From an uncultured Clostridia bacterium (GTDB lineage: Bacteria; Bacillota; Clostridia; Christensenellales; Borkfalkiaceae): a DNA stretch of 64,000 bases. Under the pieces are notes generated by a model, which was not told where the DNA came from, did no database searches, and worked only from the letters and a program-made list of their open reading frames with translations. Both the position numbers and the translations under genes were made by a program. Below, in pieces: positions 63,072 through 64,000 of the stretch; positions within the stretch are counted from its first letter, which is position 1; the number at the start of each line of letters is the position of its first letter. The stretch covers positions 265-64,264 of the forward strand of contig CANREC010000002.1 in assembly GCA_947629535.1 (NCBI GenBank), written 5' to 3'.

Positions 63072-64000
63072 ATGACGGTTTTGGTGACAGGCGGGGCAGG
63101 ATATATCGGCTCTCATACGGTCGTGGAACTTCTGAATGCGGGTCATGACGTCGTGGTGATCGATAATCTGTGCAATTCGAGCCGTGAGGCGATCGAAAGG
63201 ATCAAAAAGATCACGGGCAAGGAATTGATGTTCTATGAGAACGACGTGCGTGACCGTGCGGCGCTTGAACTCATCTTCACAGCCTTCGATATCGATTGGG
63301 TCATTCACTTTGCGGGGCTCAAAGCGGTGGGCGAAAGTGTCGGGAAACCCGTGGAATACTATGACAACAATCTCGTTTCCACGCTTGTCCTAATCGAAAC
63401 GATGCAGAAATTCGGCGTGAAAAAGATCGTTTTCTCCTCATCGGCGACGGTGTACGGGGATCCCGCCGAACTTCCGCTCCGCGAGACGAGCAAGATGAAT
63501 CCCGCGACGAACCCTTACGGCGCGACAAAGGTCATGCAGGAGAACATCTTAAAGGACCTTTTCACATCCGATAACGAATGGACTGTGGCCCTTTTGCGTT
63601 ATTTCAATCCCGTTGGGGCGCACGAAAGCGGGCTCATCGGAGAGGATCCCAAGGGGATCCCCAACAACCTCATGCCGTACGTTGCGCAGGTCGCAAGCGG
63701 AAAACTCAAGGAGATCGGCGTGTTCGGGAACGATTATCCGACGCCCGACGGTACGGGGGTGAGGGACTATATCCATGTCGTCGACCTTGCGAAAGGGCAC
63801 GTCAGCGCGCTCGAGAAACTTCAAAAAGCGGGCGTGTACGTCTATAACCTCGGCACTGGAAAGGGGTACAGTGTCCTCGATATGGTCAAGGCCTTTTCAA
63901 AGGCATGCGGAAAGGAACTCCCGTATGTCATCAAACCGCGCCGTGCGGGGGACATCGCAACATGCTACGCCTCTGCGGAGAAGGCCGAACGCGAGCTTGG
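63072..64000 (+). CDS. galE: UDP-glucose 4-epimerase (3' end outside the window)
   Basis: MTVLVTGGAGYIGSHTVVEL with SD GAGGTG, and YGATK catalytic motif. The frame stays open to the window edge. Confidence 0.9.
   Translation, partial: MTVLVTGGAGYIGSHTVVELLNAGHDVVVIDNLCNSSREAIERIKKITGKELMFYENDVRDRAALELIFTAFDIDWVIHFAGLKAVGESVGKPVEYYDNNLVSTLVLIETMQKFGVKKIVFSSSATVYGDPAELPLRETSKMNPATNPYGATKVMQENILKDLFTSDNEWTVALLRYFNPVGAHESGLIGEDPKGIPNNLMPYVAQVASGKLKEIGVFGNDYPTPDGTGVRDYIHVVDLAKGHVSALEKLQKAGVYVYNLGTGKGYSVLDMVKAFSKACGKELPYVIKPRRAGDIATCYASAEKAEREL

Overview
GC-rich chromosomal segment from a spore-forming Firmicute. The lineage call (Clostridia-like) is an inference from gene content and order: spoVD/spoVE/cwlD-type genes, nifZ-thiI, miaB-mutS-mutL-miaA, and a Firmicute-style dcw cluster. 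The window is almost entirely housekeeping. Left to right: pyrG (partial), dapL, malQ, mscL, degV, nfnAB, cwlD-like amidase, acyl-ACP thioesterase, carAB, cysteine desulfurase-thiI, PBP1A, cobB, miaB-mutS-mutL-miaA, upp, an SPFH/ABC-2/membrane-protein cluster, a potABCD-type operon with an XRE-cupin regulator, rpsT, murI, the dcw cluster (mraZ to ftsZ), groESL, dCMP deaminase, ppiB, purB and galE (partial). I found no rRNA, tRNA, CRISPR array, transposase or integrase. The items worth a second look are: (1) CarB fused in frame to a DapF-like domain in which both catalytic cysteines are replaced. (2) A 21-23 bp palindrome (core TATGTCAGACATA) present four times, twice in promoter-like context and twice inside coding sequence. 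(3) An unassigned, highly pairable ~230-290 nt intergenic element that looks like a structured ncRNA. (4) A cluster of three hairpin-type repeat units in a convergent gap. (5) Four consensus promoters placed 6-9 nt from an ATG with no Shine-Dalgarno, implying leaderless mRNAs. (6) An uncharacterised SPFH / ABC-2 / 8-TM / Arc-RHH / small membrane protein cluster. All functional assignments come from motif recognition by eye; no database search was run.
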